64,000 bases of DNA from an uncultured Gemmatimonadaceae bacterium (GTDB taxonomy: Bacteria > Gemmatimonadota > Gemmatimonadetes > Gemmatimonadales > Gemmatimonadaceae): the NCBI GenBank assembly GCA_963817955.1, contig CAWFQK010000003.1:96001-160000 (forward strand), given 5' to 3'. Both the position numbers and the translations under genes were made by a program. Under the pieces are notes generated by a model. It was not told the origin of the DNA. It made no database searches and saw nothing but the letters and a program-made list of their open reading frames with translations. Within the stretch, counting starts at the first letter, position 1. Each line of letters starts with the position of its first letter. Below, piece by piece: positions 9,896 to 20,329 of the stretch.

Positions 9896-10807
9896 ATGGC
9901 CGACGACGCACGGACTTTCGACGACCTCGAGCAATTGCTTCGCGACGCAGCGAATGGCGACGCCGAGCCGACCATTCGCCTGGCGACGACGTCCGCTGCC
10001 ATCGGGGGCGCCGCGGCACGCGCCGGCACCACGATGGACGAGCTGATTGGCGCGTTCGATGTGCGGTTCGGCGCTGTTTTGAACGAGATCACGGCTCGTT
10101 CGGCGTCCGCTGCGTCCATTCCTGACGCGCTCTCCACTGTCCAGTCGTTGCACGGAGCTGGCGCAATGGCACGGCGCGCCATGATCGCCGGCTACGGACA
10201 AGCGGCAAGCGTCGAGGCACGACATCGCGCACGCATCGCGCGCCACGACGTAGCGAACGCCGTTGGAGCGGTCCACAACGCACTGGTCCTTCTCGAGGAC
10301 GAGACCGTGCAGCTGTCGCGCGAACAGATCACGGCAATGGCCAAACGGAATTCGCGCAGCTCGGAGATCCTCATGCGCGGGCACCTCTCCGACCAAGCGG
10401 CGTTGAGCCCAGCCCTCGGTTGGCGCGAGCTTCGACTGCCGACCAACGGCGCGGGCGGCGAGACCACTCACGCCTTGGTGGTCACCAACATCGCGGCGCT
10501 GCACGTCCTGCTCGATGTCCTGCGCGACGCCATCGGTGACGAACGGACGCGATTGGCGCTATCGCTTGGCGAGATAGGGAGGACCTCGGCCGTGGTGCAG
10601 GTGCATGCCGATGGGCGCGCCGCCCGCCCGTGGACCGGCACTGCGCTCGACTCGCTCCAAGGCCTCGCGTCCATGCTGGGGCTCGAGCTTCACCCCGAGC
10701 CCAACGCGGACGGCGTGCGTGTGGTCGTTCCGCTGTCACCCCGGGATGAGCGGAACGATCTCCGACGCGAGCGCGAGCGACACGACGCAGACACCCTCAG
10801 CCTCTAG
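9896..10807 (+). CDS. Hypothetical protein with a degenerate HisKA-like segment
   Basis: RHDVANAVGAVHNALVLL resembles an H-box; no clear G1/G2 boxes; 3' end overlaps pyrE. Confidence 0.55.
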   Translation: MADDARTFDDLEQLLRDAANGDAEPTIRLATTSAAIGGAAARAGTTMDELIGAFDVRFGAVLNEITARSASAASIPDALSTVQSLHGAGAMARRAMIAGYGQAASVEARHRARIARHDVANAVGAVHNALVLLEDETVQLSREQITAMAKRNSRSSEILMRGHLSDQAALSPALGWRELRLPTNGAGGETTHALVVTNIAALHVLLDVLRDAIGDERTRLALSLGEIGRTSAVVQVHADGRAARPWTGTALDSLQGLASMLGLELHPEPNADGVRVVVPLSPRDERNDLRRERERHDADTLSL

Positions 10808-11293
10808 TGCCTCGCGTCCTCCTTCCTCGCGATCCACCAGCGCCAGGACGCCCACGACAATGCCGCCCGCGGCCCGGACGGCGGAGATCGCCTTTTTCGC
10901 GGATCCTCCGGTGGTGATTGTGTCCTCGATCACAACGACACGGTCGCCCTCGGCGAAAGGTCCCTCGATCAACTTGCCAGTGCCGTGCGTCTTCGGTTCT
11001 TTCCGAACAGTGAAAGCGCGCAGCGGTGTAACACTGGTGGCGCTGGCGTAGCTGATGGCGCAGGCAATGGGGTCGGCGCCCATGGTCAATCCGCCGATCG
11101 AGTCGGCGGTCCACCCCGCGGAATGGATCGCCGTCAATCCGAGCGGACCAATGAGCGCCAGGCCATCAGGGCTCATGGTGGTGATCCGCGCGTCGATGTA
11201 TAGCGAGGACTGTCGTCCCGAGGCTAATGTGAAGATTCCTCGTTTCGCGGAGCGAGTGGCGAGGAGCGCGAGCAGGTCGTGGTTGCGGGTCAT
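10736..11293 (-). CDS. pyrE: Orotate phosphoribosyltransferase
   Basis: FTLASGRQS..YID, VRKEPKTHG, VVVIEDTITTGGS. Confidence 0.96.
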   Translation of the reverse strand: MTRNHDLLALLATRSAKRGIFTLASGRQSSLYIDARITTMSPDGLALIGPLGLTAIHSAGWTADSIGGLTMGADPIACAISYASATSVTPLRAFTVRKEPKTHGTGKLIEGPFAEGDRVVVIEDTITTGGSAKKAISAVRAAGGIVVGVLALVDREEGGREALEAEGVCVVSLALASEIVPLIPG

Positions 11294-11353
11294 GGCGGCG
11301 TAGAAGGAGACGTCGTCGCGAAGAAATAACATCAATCGGTTCTCGAACAGAAT

Positions 11354-12481
11354 ATGGTTCGTTCGTCGCTCGCGCGGATCTTTGCCCACGGGACATTCGC
11401 GCTTCTGACGCTGGCGCTGCTACTCATGATGGGTGGCCTCATCGCCGGTGATCGGGCGTTGGTGCGTCTCGCGGTGCAGGAGGAGCGAGTCCACGATGTG
11501 CGCGTTCGTGACCTGCGGATTGCGTTTTGGGGCATGAGCATGAGCGCCGTGGTGCTGATCGCCATTGCCGTGATTCGCGAACGGCGTCAGGCCTCGCGGA
11601 TCGCGGGCCGATCGGCGGAGTTGGAGCGCCTGTACAGCGAGGTGGCGCGGGCGAATACCGCGAAGAGCGAGTTTCTGGCGAACATTTCGCATGAGCTGCG
11701 CACCCCGCTCAATGCAATCGTCGGTTTTGTGGAGCTGTTGAAGGACGGCGTGTACGGCGACCTGAGTCCGCGGCAGGGTCCGCCGGTGGACCGGATCGCC
11801 GCGTCGGCGACCCATCTGCGGCATCTGGTCGATCAGGTGCTCGATATCGCGAAGATCGCGGCTGGCCGCCTCGAGGTGCATCCGGAGACGCTGGCACTGC
11901 GGTCGTTCGTGCTGAACGTCGCGAGCGAGCTCGAACCGCTGGTCAACGAACGTGGGCTCAGCTTGTCGATCTCCATCGGTGCATCGCTGCCGCGCGTGCG
12001 CACCGACCCGACGCATCTGCGGCAGATCCTCGTGAATTTGATCGGCAATGCGGTGAAGTACACGCAGAGTGGCGGCATTGCCGTCCGGGCGCGGCTCGTC
12101 GGCGCCCCACTGCCCGGCATGCCGCCGCACCGCGAGACGCCGGAGGATCCGGCGCTCTCCGCCCAATCGCCCGATCCGCGGCGCACGTGGGTGGCGCTGC
12201 AGGTGGTGGACACAGGCCTCGGCATCGCGCCGGCGGACCAAGCCCGAATTTTTGACGAGTTCGAGCAGGTGAATGCCGGTCCGCGTGGCGAGTCGATGCA
12301 GCGCGGCACGGGATTGGGTCTCGCGATCTCGCGCCGGCTCGCCGTGCTCCTCGACGGCGACATTCGCGTCGACAGCCAGGTGGGCAAGGGCTCCACGTTC
12401 ACCCTCTGGCTCCCGGTGCAGCCGCCGGATCTCGATCCAAGCGCGACACCGAGCCAGGGCCACGTGAAAGCTGCCGTGTAG
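11354..12481 (+). CDS. Membrane sensor histidine kinase
   Basis: Two TM segments; SHELRTPLN, NLIGNAVKYT, DTGLGI, GTGLGL. Confidence 0.93.
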   Translation: MVRSSLARIFAHGTFALLTLALLLMMGGLIAGDRALVRLAVQEERVHDVRVRDLRIAFWGMSMSAVVLIAIAVIRERRQASRIAGRSAELERLYSEVARANTAKSEFLANISHELRTPLNAIVGFVELLKDGVYGDLSPRQGPPVDRIAASATHLRHLVDQVLDIAKIAAGRLEVHPETLALRSFVLNVASELEPLVNERGLSLSISIGASLPRVRTDPTHLRQILVNLIGNAVKYTQSGGIAVRARLVGAPLPGMPPHRETPEDPALSAQSPDPRRTWVALQVVDTGLGIAPADQARIFDEFEQVNAGPRGESMQRGTGLGLAISRRLAVLLDGDIRVDSQVGKGSTFTLWLPVQPPDLDPSATPSQGHVKAAV

Positions 12482-12482
12482 G

Positions 12483-13400
12483 TCAGCTCTTCTTGGAGCG
12501 TCCGAAGAGGGAAGCGATCTTCGCTCCGAACCCTGCTCTTGCCACGTCGTCCGGCTTGTCGGCGGCGTCCCGGAAGTCCTCGGCGAAGGCGAGCACGTCG
12601 GGATAACGCTTTCCCGGCTCCTTGCTCAGCGCGCGCATCAACACGGCCTCGACAGCGGGCGAAAAACGCAGGCCCGGCTTGGCTTGGTTGAGCGGAATTG
12701 GTGGTTGCGACAGCAACTGCGAGAACATCTCACGCGGGGTTTTCGCGGGAAACGGCAGGGAGCCGGTGAGCAGGAAATACGCGATCGTCGCCAGGCTGTA
12801 CTGATCGGCGAGCGGACCAACCAGTTCGCCGGACAGGGCCTCAGGTGCGACGTACATCAAGGTGCCGACAAAAAACCCAGCGCGCGTGAGCCGTTGTTCG
12901 GGCGCGAGATCCGTGTCGGTGGCGATGCCAAAATCGAGCAATTTCACCTGACGCGTGGCCGGATCGTACATGACGTTGTCCGGCTTGAGATCGCGATGGA
13001 CGATGCCGACGGCGTGAGCGGCGTGCACCGCGTCAGCGATCTGACTGACGATCGCGCACACCTCGTCGAGCGGCAACGGCCCTTGCTTCTTGGCGTACTT
13101 CTCGAGGATCTCGCCAGCGGCCCACTCAATGGCGAGAAAGTGCATGCCGGGGCCGGCCTCGCCGATCTCAATCGTGCGAACCACGTTGGGGTGCTGCACG
13201 CGTTCGCCATACCGCGCTTCGCGGAGAAAGCGCGCGACCGCGGTGCGGTCTTGTCGCAGCTTTTCGCGTAACACCTTCACGGCAACGGTGCCGTGTTGGG
13301 GGTGATCGGCGCGGAAGACGGCGGAGGTTCCGCCCTCTCCCACTTCGCTTTGCAGCGTATATCCGGCGATCGTCTGTCCGACGAGATTTTCGCGTGGCAC
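12483..13400 (-). CDS. Hanks-type Ser/Thr protein kinase (catalytic domain only)
   Basis: GEGG, VAVK, HRDLKPDN, DFG, GTLMYVAPE. Confidence 0.95.
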   Translation of the reverse strand: MPRENLVGQTIAGYTLQSEVGEGGTSAVFRADHPQHGTVAVKVLREKLRQDRTAVARFLREARYGERVQHPNVVRTIEIGEAGPGMHFLAIEWAAGEILEKYAKKQGPLPLDEVCAIVSQIADAVHAAHAVGIVHRDLKPDNVMYDPATRQVKLLDFGIATDTDLAPEQRLTRAGFFVGTLMYVAPEALSGELVGPLADQYSLATIAYFLLTGSLPFPAKTPREMFSQLLSQPPIPLNQAKPGLRFSPAVEAVLMRALSKEPGKRYPDVLAFAEDFRDAADKPDDVARAGFGAKIASLFGRSKKS

Positions 13401-13585
13401 GCGCCGAACCTAACTGCCGCCGAGAGGCGAAGCAAGCGAACGGCGCGTCTCGGATACGCGCTGGATGCAGAGTGTTGTCAGGGAATCCGCGATTGCAACC
13501 GGGACGTGAAAGGCCTGGTCGTTTCGCGTACGTAAATCAGTGTCCTGATTGTTGATACCGGAACTACGAGCCCGTCTGGCCTTGC

Positions 13586-13614
13586 TTGACAATTTCGCAA
13601 CCTGTTCCTATATA
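13586..13614 (+). promoter_or_regulatory. sigma70-type promoter of the cold-shock gene
   Basis: TTGACA, 17 bp, TATATA. Confidence 0.7.
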
Positions 13615-13686
13615 GGGCCGCGCAAGCTCGGCGGCTTGTCCAGCACTGCAATGCACCCTCGATTCACCTTGCAGGAGGCAGCGCGA

Positions 13687-13890
13687 ATGGCCAGAGGGAA
13701 GGTGAAATGGTTCAACGACGCCAAGGGGTACGGCTTCCTTGAACAGGACAGCGGTGAAGACGTATTCGTACACTTCTCCGCGATCAGCATGGAAGGGTTC
13801 AAAACGCTCGCCGAAGGTCAAGAAGTGGAGTTCGAGATCAAGACTGGCGAGAAAGGGCTCCATGCCGCGAACGTGACCCGGGTGGTCTGA
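13687..13890 (+). CDS. Cold-shock protein (CspA family)
   Basis: [32 protein letters not shown]. Confidence 0.97.
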   Translation: MARGKVKWFNDAKGYGFLEQDSGEDVFVHFSAISMEGFKTLAEGQEVEFEIKTGEKGLHAANVTRVV

Positions 13891-14064
13891 CACCCGCCTC
13901 CACGAAGCGAGCTCCCCTGCACCCGCCCACCCCCATGGCGGGCGGTGCTGTTTTCGCGATGGGGAGATGGGGGCGGCGAATCAGAGGGTTGAGGGTTGAC
14001 CGTGTGCGGTGGAGCTTTCGGCATGGGCACAATGCCCATCGCCAAACGTCCATCGCCTATCGCA

Positions 14065-17007
14065 TTGTCCTCGCCCGTCGCTCTTCCTCCGTCTCCCCGG
14101 CTGTTCCTCGTCGACGGATACGCGCTCATCTATCGCGCGTTCTTCGCGCTCATCTCGCGTCCGCTCACCACGAGTCGTGGCGAGAATACGTCTGCCGCGT
14201 GGGGCATCGTCAACTTCCTGCAGCGACTGACACAGGCGCACAAGCCCGACTATCTCGGCTGGGTGCATGACTCCGGGCTGTCGTTCCGCCACGAGCGCTA
14301 CCCAGCGTACAAGGCCACGCGCGAGAAGCTCACCGAAGAGCTGCAGTCGGATTTCGATCGCGGCATGGAGCGGATCTGCGACGTCCTGGACGCGCACCAC
14401 ATTCCAATTCTCGCATTGCCGGGCTACGAAGCAGACGACGTGATCGGCACCCTCGCGCGCCAGGGCGTCGAGGCCGGCGTCAATGTGATCATCGTGTCGG
14501 GCGACAAGGATTTCCAGCAACTCGTCCGCCCGGGTATCTGGCTGCTCAATCCCGGCCGCGGAGGACCGGCGAGCGTCGAAGAGCAGTGGGTTGGCGTCGA
14601 GAATGGCAGTGAACGACTGGGTGTGCCGCCGGCGCTCGTGACGGACTATCTGTCGCTGCTCGGCGACTCGTCGGACAATGTGCCAGGCGTCAAAGGCATT
14701 GGCGAGAAGACGGCGCAGGAGCTGGTGAACTCTTTTGGCAACATCGAGAACATTCTCGCGCACGCAGCGGAGCTCACCAAGAAACGTCCGCGCGAGGCGC
14801 TGCTTGCCCAGAGCGACATGGCGCTCCTGTCAAAGGAGCTGGTTACCATCCGCGAAGATCTGCCGGTGACGCTCGACCTCGAGGCCATGCGCCTGTCGCC
14901 GCCCGACTACAATCGCCTGCGTGGGCTGTATGTCGAGCTCGAGTTCCATACACTTGCCAAGAATGCCGCTGCGGCTGCCCTCGCCGTCGCCCCGCCGGCC
15001 GCGGTCGATGCAATCGAGGTCGCCGCGGCCACGGCGCCGCACGCAACTCACTATGTCACGATCGACACGGTGGCGGCACTCCAGGAGGCAGTTGCGCGGG
15101 CACGGCGTGCACCACATATCGCCGTCGATACTGAAACGGTCATCGACTCCACGGCGCCACAGGCGGTGGATCCGCTGCGCTCGGAACTCGTCGGCGTCAC
15201 CATCGCGGTCGCACCGGGCGAGGCGTACTACTTTCCCCTCGCGCACCGTCATCGGGCCGATAGCCAGGTCGATCTCGGATTGGGCCACGCGCCGCCAACA
15301 GAACCGGCGAAGCCGACACGCGCGAAGAAGACGGTTCAGCCGTCGAGCATCGCTGCGCTCGCGTTGACGCGCGGGGATCAGCAGGTGACGAACCTGCCGC
15401 CCATCGATAGCGCGGAGACCGCGCCACTCAAGGCGCTGCTCGAGGATCCCGCCGTGAAGAAGACTGCCCAGAACGCCAAGTACGACATGCTGGCGCTTCG
15501 GGTGGCCGGCGTCACGCTGCGCGGTCTGGATTTCGATACGATGATCGCCAGCTACGTCCTCGATCCTGGCCGCCGTTCACACGGACTCGATCTGCTCGCG
15601 CTCGAATTCCTCAACCACAAGATGACGTCGTTCGAGGAGCTGTGTGGCAAGGGGAAGGACATGGTGCCGTTCGATCAGGTGCCGATTGCGTGCGCGCGGG
15701 ACTATTCGTGCGAAGACGCCGACATGACCTGGCAGCTCCGCGCGTTGTTCGAACCGCAGCTCGATGCGCTCCAACTCACGCCCTTGTTCCGCGATGTCGA
15801 GATGCCGCTCGTCGAGGTCCTCGCCGAGATGGAATGGAACGGAATCACGATCAACACCGAGTGGTTCACCGTACTCAAGGAGCGGTTCGAGCGCGAACGC
15901 AAACGCGTCGAGCAGGAGATCTACGTCACCGCCGGCGAGGAGTTCAACATCAACTCCAATCCGCAGCTTCGCGAAATCCTGTTCGACAAGCTGAAGCTGC
16001 CCATGTTGAAGAAGACGGCAACCGGAGCCTCCACCGACGCGAGCGTCCTACAGCAGCTCGCGGACGAGGGACATCCGCTTCCCGTGCTCCTCATGGAGTA
16101 TCGCGAGCTGTCGAAGCTCGAGAGTACGTACATCGACGCGCTGCCATCGTACGTCCATCCGAAAACGGGGCGCGTGCACACGTCGTTCAGCCAGACCGTC
16201 GCCGCCACGGGACGTCTGTCGTCGAGCGAACCGAATCTCCAGAACATTCCCATTCGTCGCGAGCTCGGGCGCGATATCCGCCGCGGGTTCGTTGCGCGGA
16301 ACGGTTGGATGCTCCTCGCCGCCGACTATTCGCAGATCGAGCTCCGGTTGCTCGCCCACCTCTCGGGCGACCCGGCGTTCGTGCAGGCCTTTCAGTCGGG
16401 CGGTGACATTCATCGCCAAACGGCGGCCCTCATCTTTGACGTTCCGCTGGACCTGGTGTCAAAGGAGATGCGCGGTCGCGCCAAGACGATCAACTTTGCC
16501 ACGATCTACGGGCAGGGACCGCACGCGCTGTCGAGACAGCTCAAGATCAGCCACGCCGAGGCGAAGGAGTTCATCGAGCGATACTTTCAGCGCTTCCACC
16601 GCGTGCGCGAGTATCTCGATTCCATGGTGGAGTTCGCGCGCGAGCACGGGTACGTGCAGACCATCTTCAACCGCCGTCGCTACATACCCGAGCTGCGCGA
16701 TCGCAACTTCAATATTCGAGCGTTCGGTGAACGGACGGCGGCAAATTCGCCTATCCAGGGGTCGGCGGCCGACCTGATCAAGGTTGCCATGATTCACATT
16801 CACGACGCGCTCGCGGAGCGCAGGCTGACCACCCGGATGCTGCTCCAGGTGCATGACGAACTGGTGTTCGACGTGCCGCGCCCCGAGCTCGACGAAGTGA
16901 CGGCGTTGGTGAAGCACGAGATGGAACACGCGACCACGCTTGCTGTGCCGCTCGTGGTGGACATCGGTGTTGGAGAAAACTGGCTCGCCACGAAGATGGA
17001 TGGGTGA
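14065..17007 (+). CDS. polA: DNA polymerase I (start approximate)
   Basis: 5' nuclease (LVDG, EADDVI, GDKD), 3'-5' exonuclease DTET, polymerase motifs DYSQIELR, KTINFATIYG, QVHDEL. Confidence 0.98.
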   Translation: MSSPVALPPSPRLFLVDGYALIYRAFFALISRPLTTSRGENTSAAWGIVNFLQRLTQAHKPDYLGWVHDSGLSFRHERYPAYKATREKLTEELQSDFDRGMERICDVLDAHHIPILALPGYEADDVIGTLARQGVEAGVNVIIVSGDKDFQQLVRPGIWLLNPGRGGPASVEEQWVGVENGSERLGVPPALVTDYLSLLGDSSDNVPGVKGIGEKTAQELVNSFGNIENILAHAAELTKKRPREALLAQSDMALLSKELVTIREDLPVTLDLEAMRLSPPDYNRLRGLYVELEFHTLAKNAAAAALAVAPPAAVDAIEVAAATAPHATHYVTIDTVAALQEAVARARRAPHIAVDTETVIDSTAPQAVDPLRSELVGVTIAVAPGEAYYFPLAHRHRADSQVDLGLGHAPPTEPAKPTRAKKTVQPSSIAALALTRGDQQVTNLPPIDSAETAPLKALLEDPAVKKTAQNAKYDMLALRVAGVTLRGLDFDTMIASYVLDPGRRSHGLDLLALEFLNHKMTSFEELCGKGKDMVPFDQVPIACARDYSCEDADMTWQLRALFEPQLDALQLTPLFRDVEMPLVEVLAEMEWNGITINTEWFTVLKERFERERKRVEQEIYVTAGEEFNINSNPQLREILFDKLKLPMLKKTATGASTDASVLQQLADEGHPLPVLLMEYRELSKLESTYIDALPSYVHPKTGRVHTSFSQTVAATGRLSSSEPNLQNIPIRRELGRDIRRGFVARNGWMLLAADYSQIELRLLAHLSGDPAFVQAFQSGGDIHRQTAALIFDVPLDLVSKEMRGRAKTINFATIYGQGPHALSRQLKISHAEAKEFIERYFQRFHRVREYLDSMVEFAREHGYVQTIFNRRRYIPELRDRNFNIRAFGERTAANSPIQGSAADLIKVAMIHIHDALAERRLTTRMLLQVHDELVFDVPRPELDEVTALVKHEMEHATTLAVPLVVDIGVGENWLATKMDG

Positions 17008-17251
17008 TCATCGGTCATTTCGTCTTCGCCGCACCTTGCGAGGTCTTTCGCAAATCGACGTGGTCCAAGGGCGTCGACCACGGCGCTGTGCTGGCTTTGT
17101 TTGCCACTAAGTAGTTGTCCCTACGCAGGTTGTGCGATTGGCCAAAGCCCGGCCCCTGCTTTGCCTTATTGCTAAGCCTCAGCAAAGGACGACATCGTCC
17201 AAGATGACCGAACCCCCCTCGGGTTCCATCCCTCCAACCGGTTGCCCAGCC

Positions 17252-17635
17252 ATGCATCCCTTCCGACGCGGCTTCACGCTCATCGAGCTGTTGATCGTCG
17301 TCGTGATCATTGGGGTTCTTGCGGCCATCGCCATTCCGAAATTTGCGAGCACCAAGGGCAAGGCATACTTCGCCGGCATGAAGAGCGACTTGCACAACCT
17401 CACGACCTCCGAGGAGTCGTTCTTCTACGATCACGCGGTGTACAGTCTCTCGATCGATTCCCTTCAGATGAGTACGTCGCACGGCGACGTCGTGACGATT
17501 GTCGAAGCGTCACCCGTCGGTTGGTCGGCAACCGCGACCAATCCGGAATCGTATCCGCATTTCTGCGCGATGTTCATGGGATCTGCGGCCGCCATTGCGC
17601 CCGCCACGGCGGCCGGAGTCGTGGCCTGTCAGTGA
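17252..17635 (+). CDS. Type IV pilin-like protein
   Basis: RRG/FTLIELLIVVVIIGVLAAIAIP prepilin motif; C-terminal Cys pair. Confidence 0.93.
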   Translation: MHPFRRGFTLIELLIVVVIIGVLAAIAIPKFASTKGKAYFAGMKSDLHNLTTSEESFFYDHAVYSLSIDSLQMSTSHGDVVTIVEASPVGWSATATNPESYPHFCAMFMGSAAAIAPATAAGVVACQ

Positions 17636-17648
17636 CGCTGGCGCGCCC

Positions 17649-17933
17649 ATGACGTGCGGACCACTGACGCTCAGAGAATTCGAAAAACGGCGCGACGGGA
17701 TGATTCACGCCATGGATGGCGGGCTCTGGCTGCACTTCCACACGTGGAAAGGTCGGCCCATGGCGCACCTCGTATCGACCAACAAACAGCTGCTGCTCGA
17801 CTACGGCGCCATAGTTGGCGTTCCCGCCGAGCGCCTGCAGTACAAGCCGCTCAAGGATCCGCGCACCGGCATTCGCCGCGCCGCGTGGCACTGGGACCTC
17901 GGCGGCCCCTTTCTGCCGCCGCGGCGAGCATAA
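17649..17933 (+). CDS. Small hypothetical protein, DUF4031-like
   Basis: MAHLVS...LL.YG..VG....LQ....HWDL pattern. Confidence 0.6.
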   Translation: MTCGPLTLREFEKRRDGMIHAMDGGLWLHFHTWKGRPMAHLVSTNKQLLLDYGAIVGVPAERLQYKPLKDPRTGIRRAAWHWDLGGPFLPPRRA

Positions 17934-19367
17934 TCACACCTCGCGGAACCGGTCGGGGACACCCCGCAAAATGGACGCGGCGATCACGAACATGATCGCC
18001 ACCGTGACGACGGCAGCACGATAGGCGATTGCCGTCCCAAGTCTGGGCTCGAGTCCGTCCACGGTCAGACCCCAGACCAACGGACCGAGGATCGCCGCGG
18101 CGCGGGACGAGAGCAGCATCAGACTGAAGTAGCGTCCGGCTTCGACGTCGGGCACCAACCCGAGGAGCACGGGGCGCTCGGCGGTAGGCACGCCGCCAAA
18201 GTTCAAGCCGATCATCAGACCAACCAGCCAGAACGCGTTCTTGCCCGGCACCGCGATCATCAACGCCAGCAGCGCAATCCACAGCAGCAGGGTCGTCATC
18301 AGGCTGCGCTTTGCGCCGAACCGATCGACGAGGTGTCCGTAGATATAGCTGCCGAAGATGGAGGGAATCGTGAGCACGAGAAAGAGCGTGACCTCCGATC
18401 CCTTGTCGAACCCCACCGCCTTCACCGCATACAACGTCATGAATCCGACAATCGTGCCAATCGCGTCCTGATACACGAACGCCGCGATGATGAAGCGCAA
18501 CGTTCCCGGGTGCTGCTTCGCGTCGCGAATGGTGTGACCCACTTCGCGGATTGCGCGCCGCCAACTCACCGGGGTTCCCGGCGGCGCCGGGTTGTGATCG
18601 CGGCAGACGAGGAACAGCGGCAGCGAAAACAGCAGGAACAGGAGACCTGTGGGCACGAACGCCGATACGCGGCCGCCGTGGGATGTGAACGGCACGATCG
18701 CGTGCAACGCGGACATCACGCCAGCGCTCAGCTTTCCAACCCCCGGGAGCGCACCGTTGAAGAAGGGCGCGACGAGCAGGACGCCGAAAATGGAACCGAC
18801 ATATCCGACGGCCGTGCCGAATCCGGAAAGTCGTCCCTGCTCCTGGATTGGCACGAGCTCCGGAAGCATCGCGTTGTAGAACGGCTGCGCCGCCTGATAC
18901 GCGAAGTTGGCGAGAACGAACGCCGCGAGCACCCAGAACAGCGGAGCCCCGGATGCGTGCCACCCGGCCGGCAGCACCGCCGGCGTATCCACCTCCGCAC
19001 CGGTAAGCGGCAGCAGGCGTTGTCCCGCGATTCCCATCAGTGCGCAGGCCGCGCACGACAGGACGGTAAAGCCGATCACCCACGGCTTGCGCCGGCGCCG
19101 CACGTCGGACAACGCGCCGAGAAAGGGAATGGAGACCACGACGAGCGCCGACGCCACCGCGTTCGCGGCGGCATCGAGCGTGTTCGACACGCCGAGATCG
19201 CTCACGAGCCACACCGTGAAATACAGGGTGGCCACGTTCATTGAGAAAATAGTGTTGGAAAAATCGTAAAGCGCCCAACTCATGCGTTCCACAACCGGCG
19301 CGCGTTCTACCGGCCGGATCTCGCCGTCGCTGCGGACCACGGGTCTCGCGTGATGCGGGTGTGCCAT
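17934..19367 (-). CDS. MFS transporter (UMF1/Atg22-like)
   Basis: WALYDFSN, FYNAMLPEL, GRLSGFG..VGYVG; about 12 TM. Confidence 0.9.
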   Translation of the reverse strand: MAHPHHARPVVRSDGEIRPVERAPVVERMSWALYDFSNTIFSMNVATLYFTVWLVSDLGVSNTLDAAANAVASALVVVSIPFLGALSDVRRRRKPWVIGFTVLSCAACALMGIAGQRLLPLTGAEVDTPAVLPAGWHASGAPLFWVLAAFVLANFAYQAAQPFYNAMLPELVPIQEQGRLSGFGTAVGYVGSIFGVLLVAPFFNGALPGVGKLSAGVMSALHAIVPFTSHGGRVSAFVPTGLLFLLFSLPLFLVCRDHNPAPPGTPVSWRRAIREVGHTIRDAKQHPGTLRFIIAAFVYQDAIGTIVGFMTLYAVKAVGFDKGSEVTLFLVLTIPSIFGSYIYGHLVDRFGAKRSLMTTLLLWIALLALMIAVPGKNAFWLVGLMIGLNFGGVPTAERPVLLGLVPDVEAGRYFSLMLLSSRAAAILGPLVWGLTVDGLEPRLGTAIAYRAAVVTVAIMFVIAASILRGVPDRFREV

Positions 19368-19438
19368 GAACGAGCTCCAGTGGAAGCGGTCACGCGCCGC
19401 GCCGTTGACGCCGGGGCCGGGCGGTTCAAATTACGAGC

Positions 19439-20326
19439 ATGAAGATGTTTCGTTGGTCCTGGTTCGTGCTAGGCACACTGGTCCTTGCCGCGTGCGAACG
19501 TTCCAAATCGTCGATCCTCGCGGACTCGGCTGCTCCCCAAGGCGCGGTGCGCGCCGATTCTAACGTCGCGGCTGTCGCGGCGGCAACCTGGGATCCGAAT
19601 GCCGGGCCGGTGCTCCTCGTCGCAGGAGAGAATCCAACGCGGGCGATTGTCATCGCACCGGAGAATGCGGCATCGCTCGCCACCCTGCCGCGTCCGGCGT
19701 CGGTGACATTGTTCAGTCGTAGCGGAACGGTCCAGACGGCGGAGCTGCCTGGCATTTCAGACGCCGGCACTTGCATTGTCGCCACGCTCAATGCTACGCC
19801 ACCGCCGCGACCATGGAACGTGGGATTTGTTGGCGGTGTCGTGGCGCCACTTCCCATGGATTCCACCGAGTCTCTGTCGCAAGCGGACTCAGTCTCACTC
19901 GTCGCCGACGTGACGCGGCTGGCGTCGGCGCTACCGAACGATTCCGCCGGCCGGTTCTCCGGCTTGCCATTTGTGGTGCGTGCGATCTGGCGAATGACTC
20001 TCCCGGACGGACCGCAGGTGGTGGTCGCCAAGCTCGTTCGACAAATCAATCAAGAGGCGACGCCGCTGCAGGAGGACACCTTCATCATTGCCGAGCACGC
20101 GACGGCCACGGCGGAGCTCACGACCGCCTACACGGAACGGTCGTATGGCGCCGAGGAGACGATCGAGAGCCGTGACGTGCTCGCCGCGGCACTGCTCGGC
20201 GCCTCGCGGAATCCGGCGATCATCTTGTCGCGCGATTTCGGCAATGCAACGGCGTACGGCTTGGTGGAGCGTGGTGACGACGGACATTGGCGCTCGCGCT
20301 GGTCGAGCGCGCCTCGGAGCTGCTGA
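19439..20326 (+). CDS. Hypothetical lipoprotein
   Basis: Signal peptide with lipobox LAAC. Confidence 0.75.
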   Translation: MKMFRWSWFVLGTLVLAACERSKSSILADSAAPQGAVRADSNVAAVAAATWDPNAGPVLLVAGENPTRAIVIAPENAASLATLPRPASVTLFSRSGTVQTAELPGISDAGTCIVATLNATPPPRPWNVGFVGGVVAPLPMDSTESLSQADSVSLVADVTRLASALPNDSAGRFSGLPFVVRAIWRMTLPDGPQVVVAKLVRQINQEATPLQEDTFIIAEHATATAELTTAYTERSYGAEETIESRDVLAAALLGASRNPAIILSRDFGNATAYGLVERGDDGHWRSRWSSAPRSC

Positions 20327-20329
20327 ACG

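Noticed and set aside
13996..14064. Extended PolA N-terminus
   Set aside because: Made of heptamer repeats upstream of the conserved LFLVDG start region; probably untranslated.
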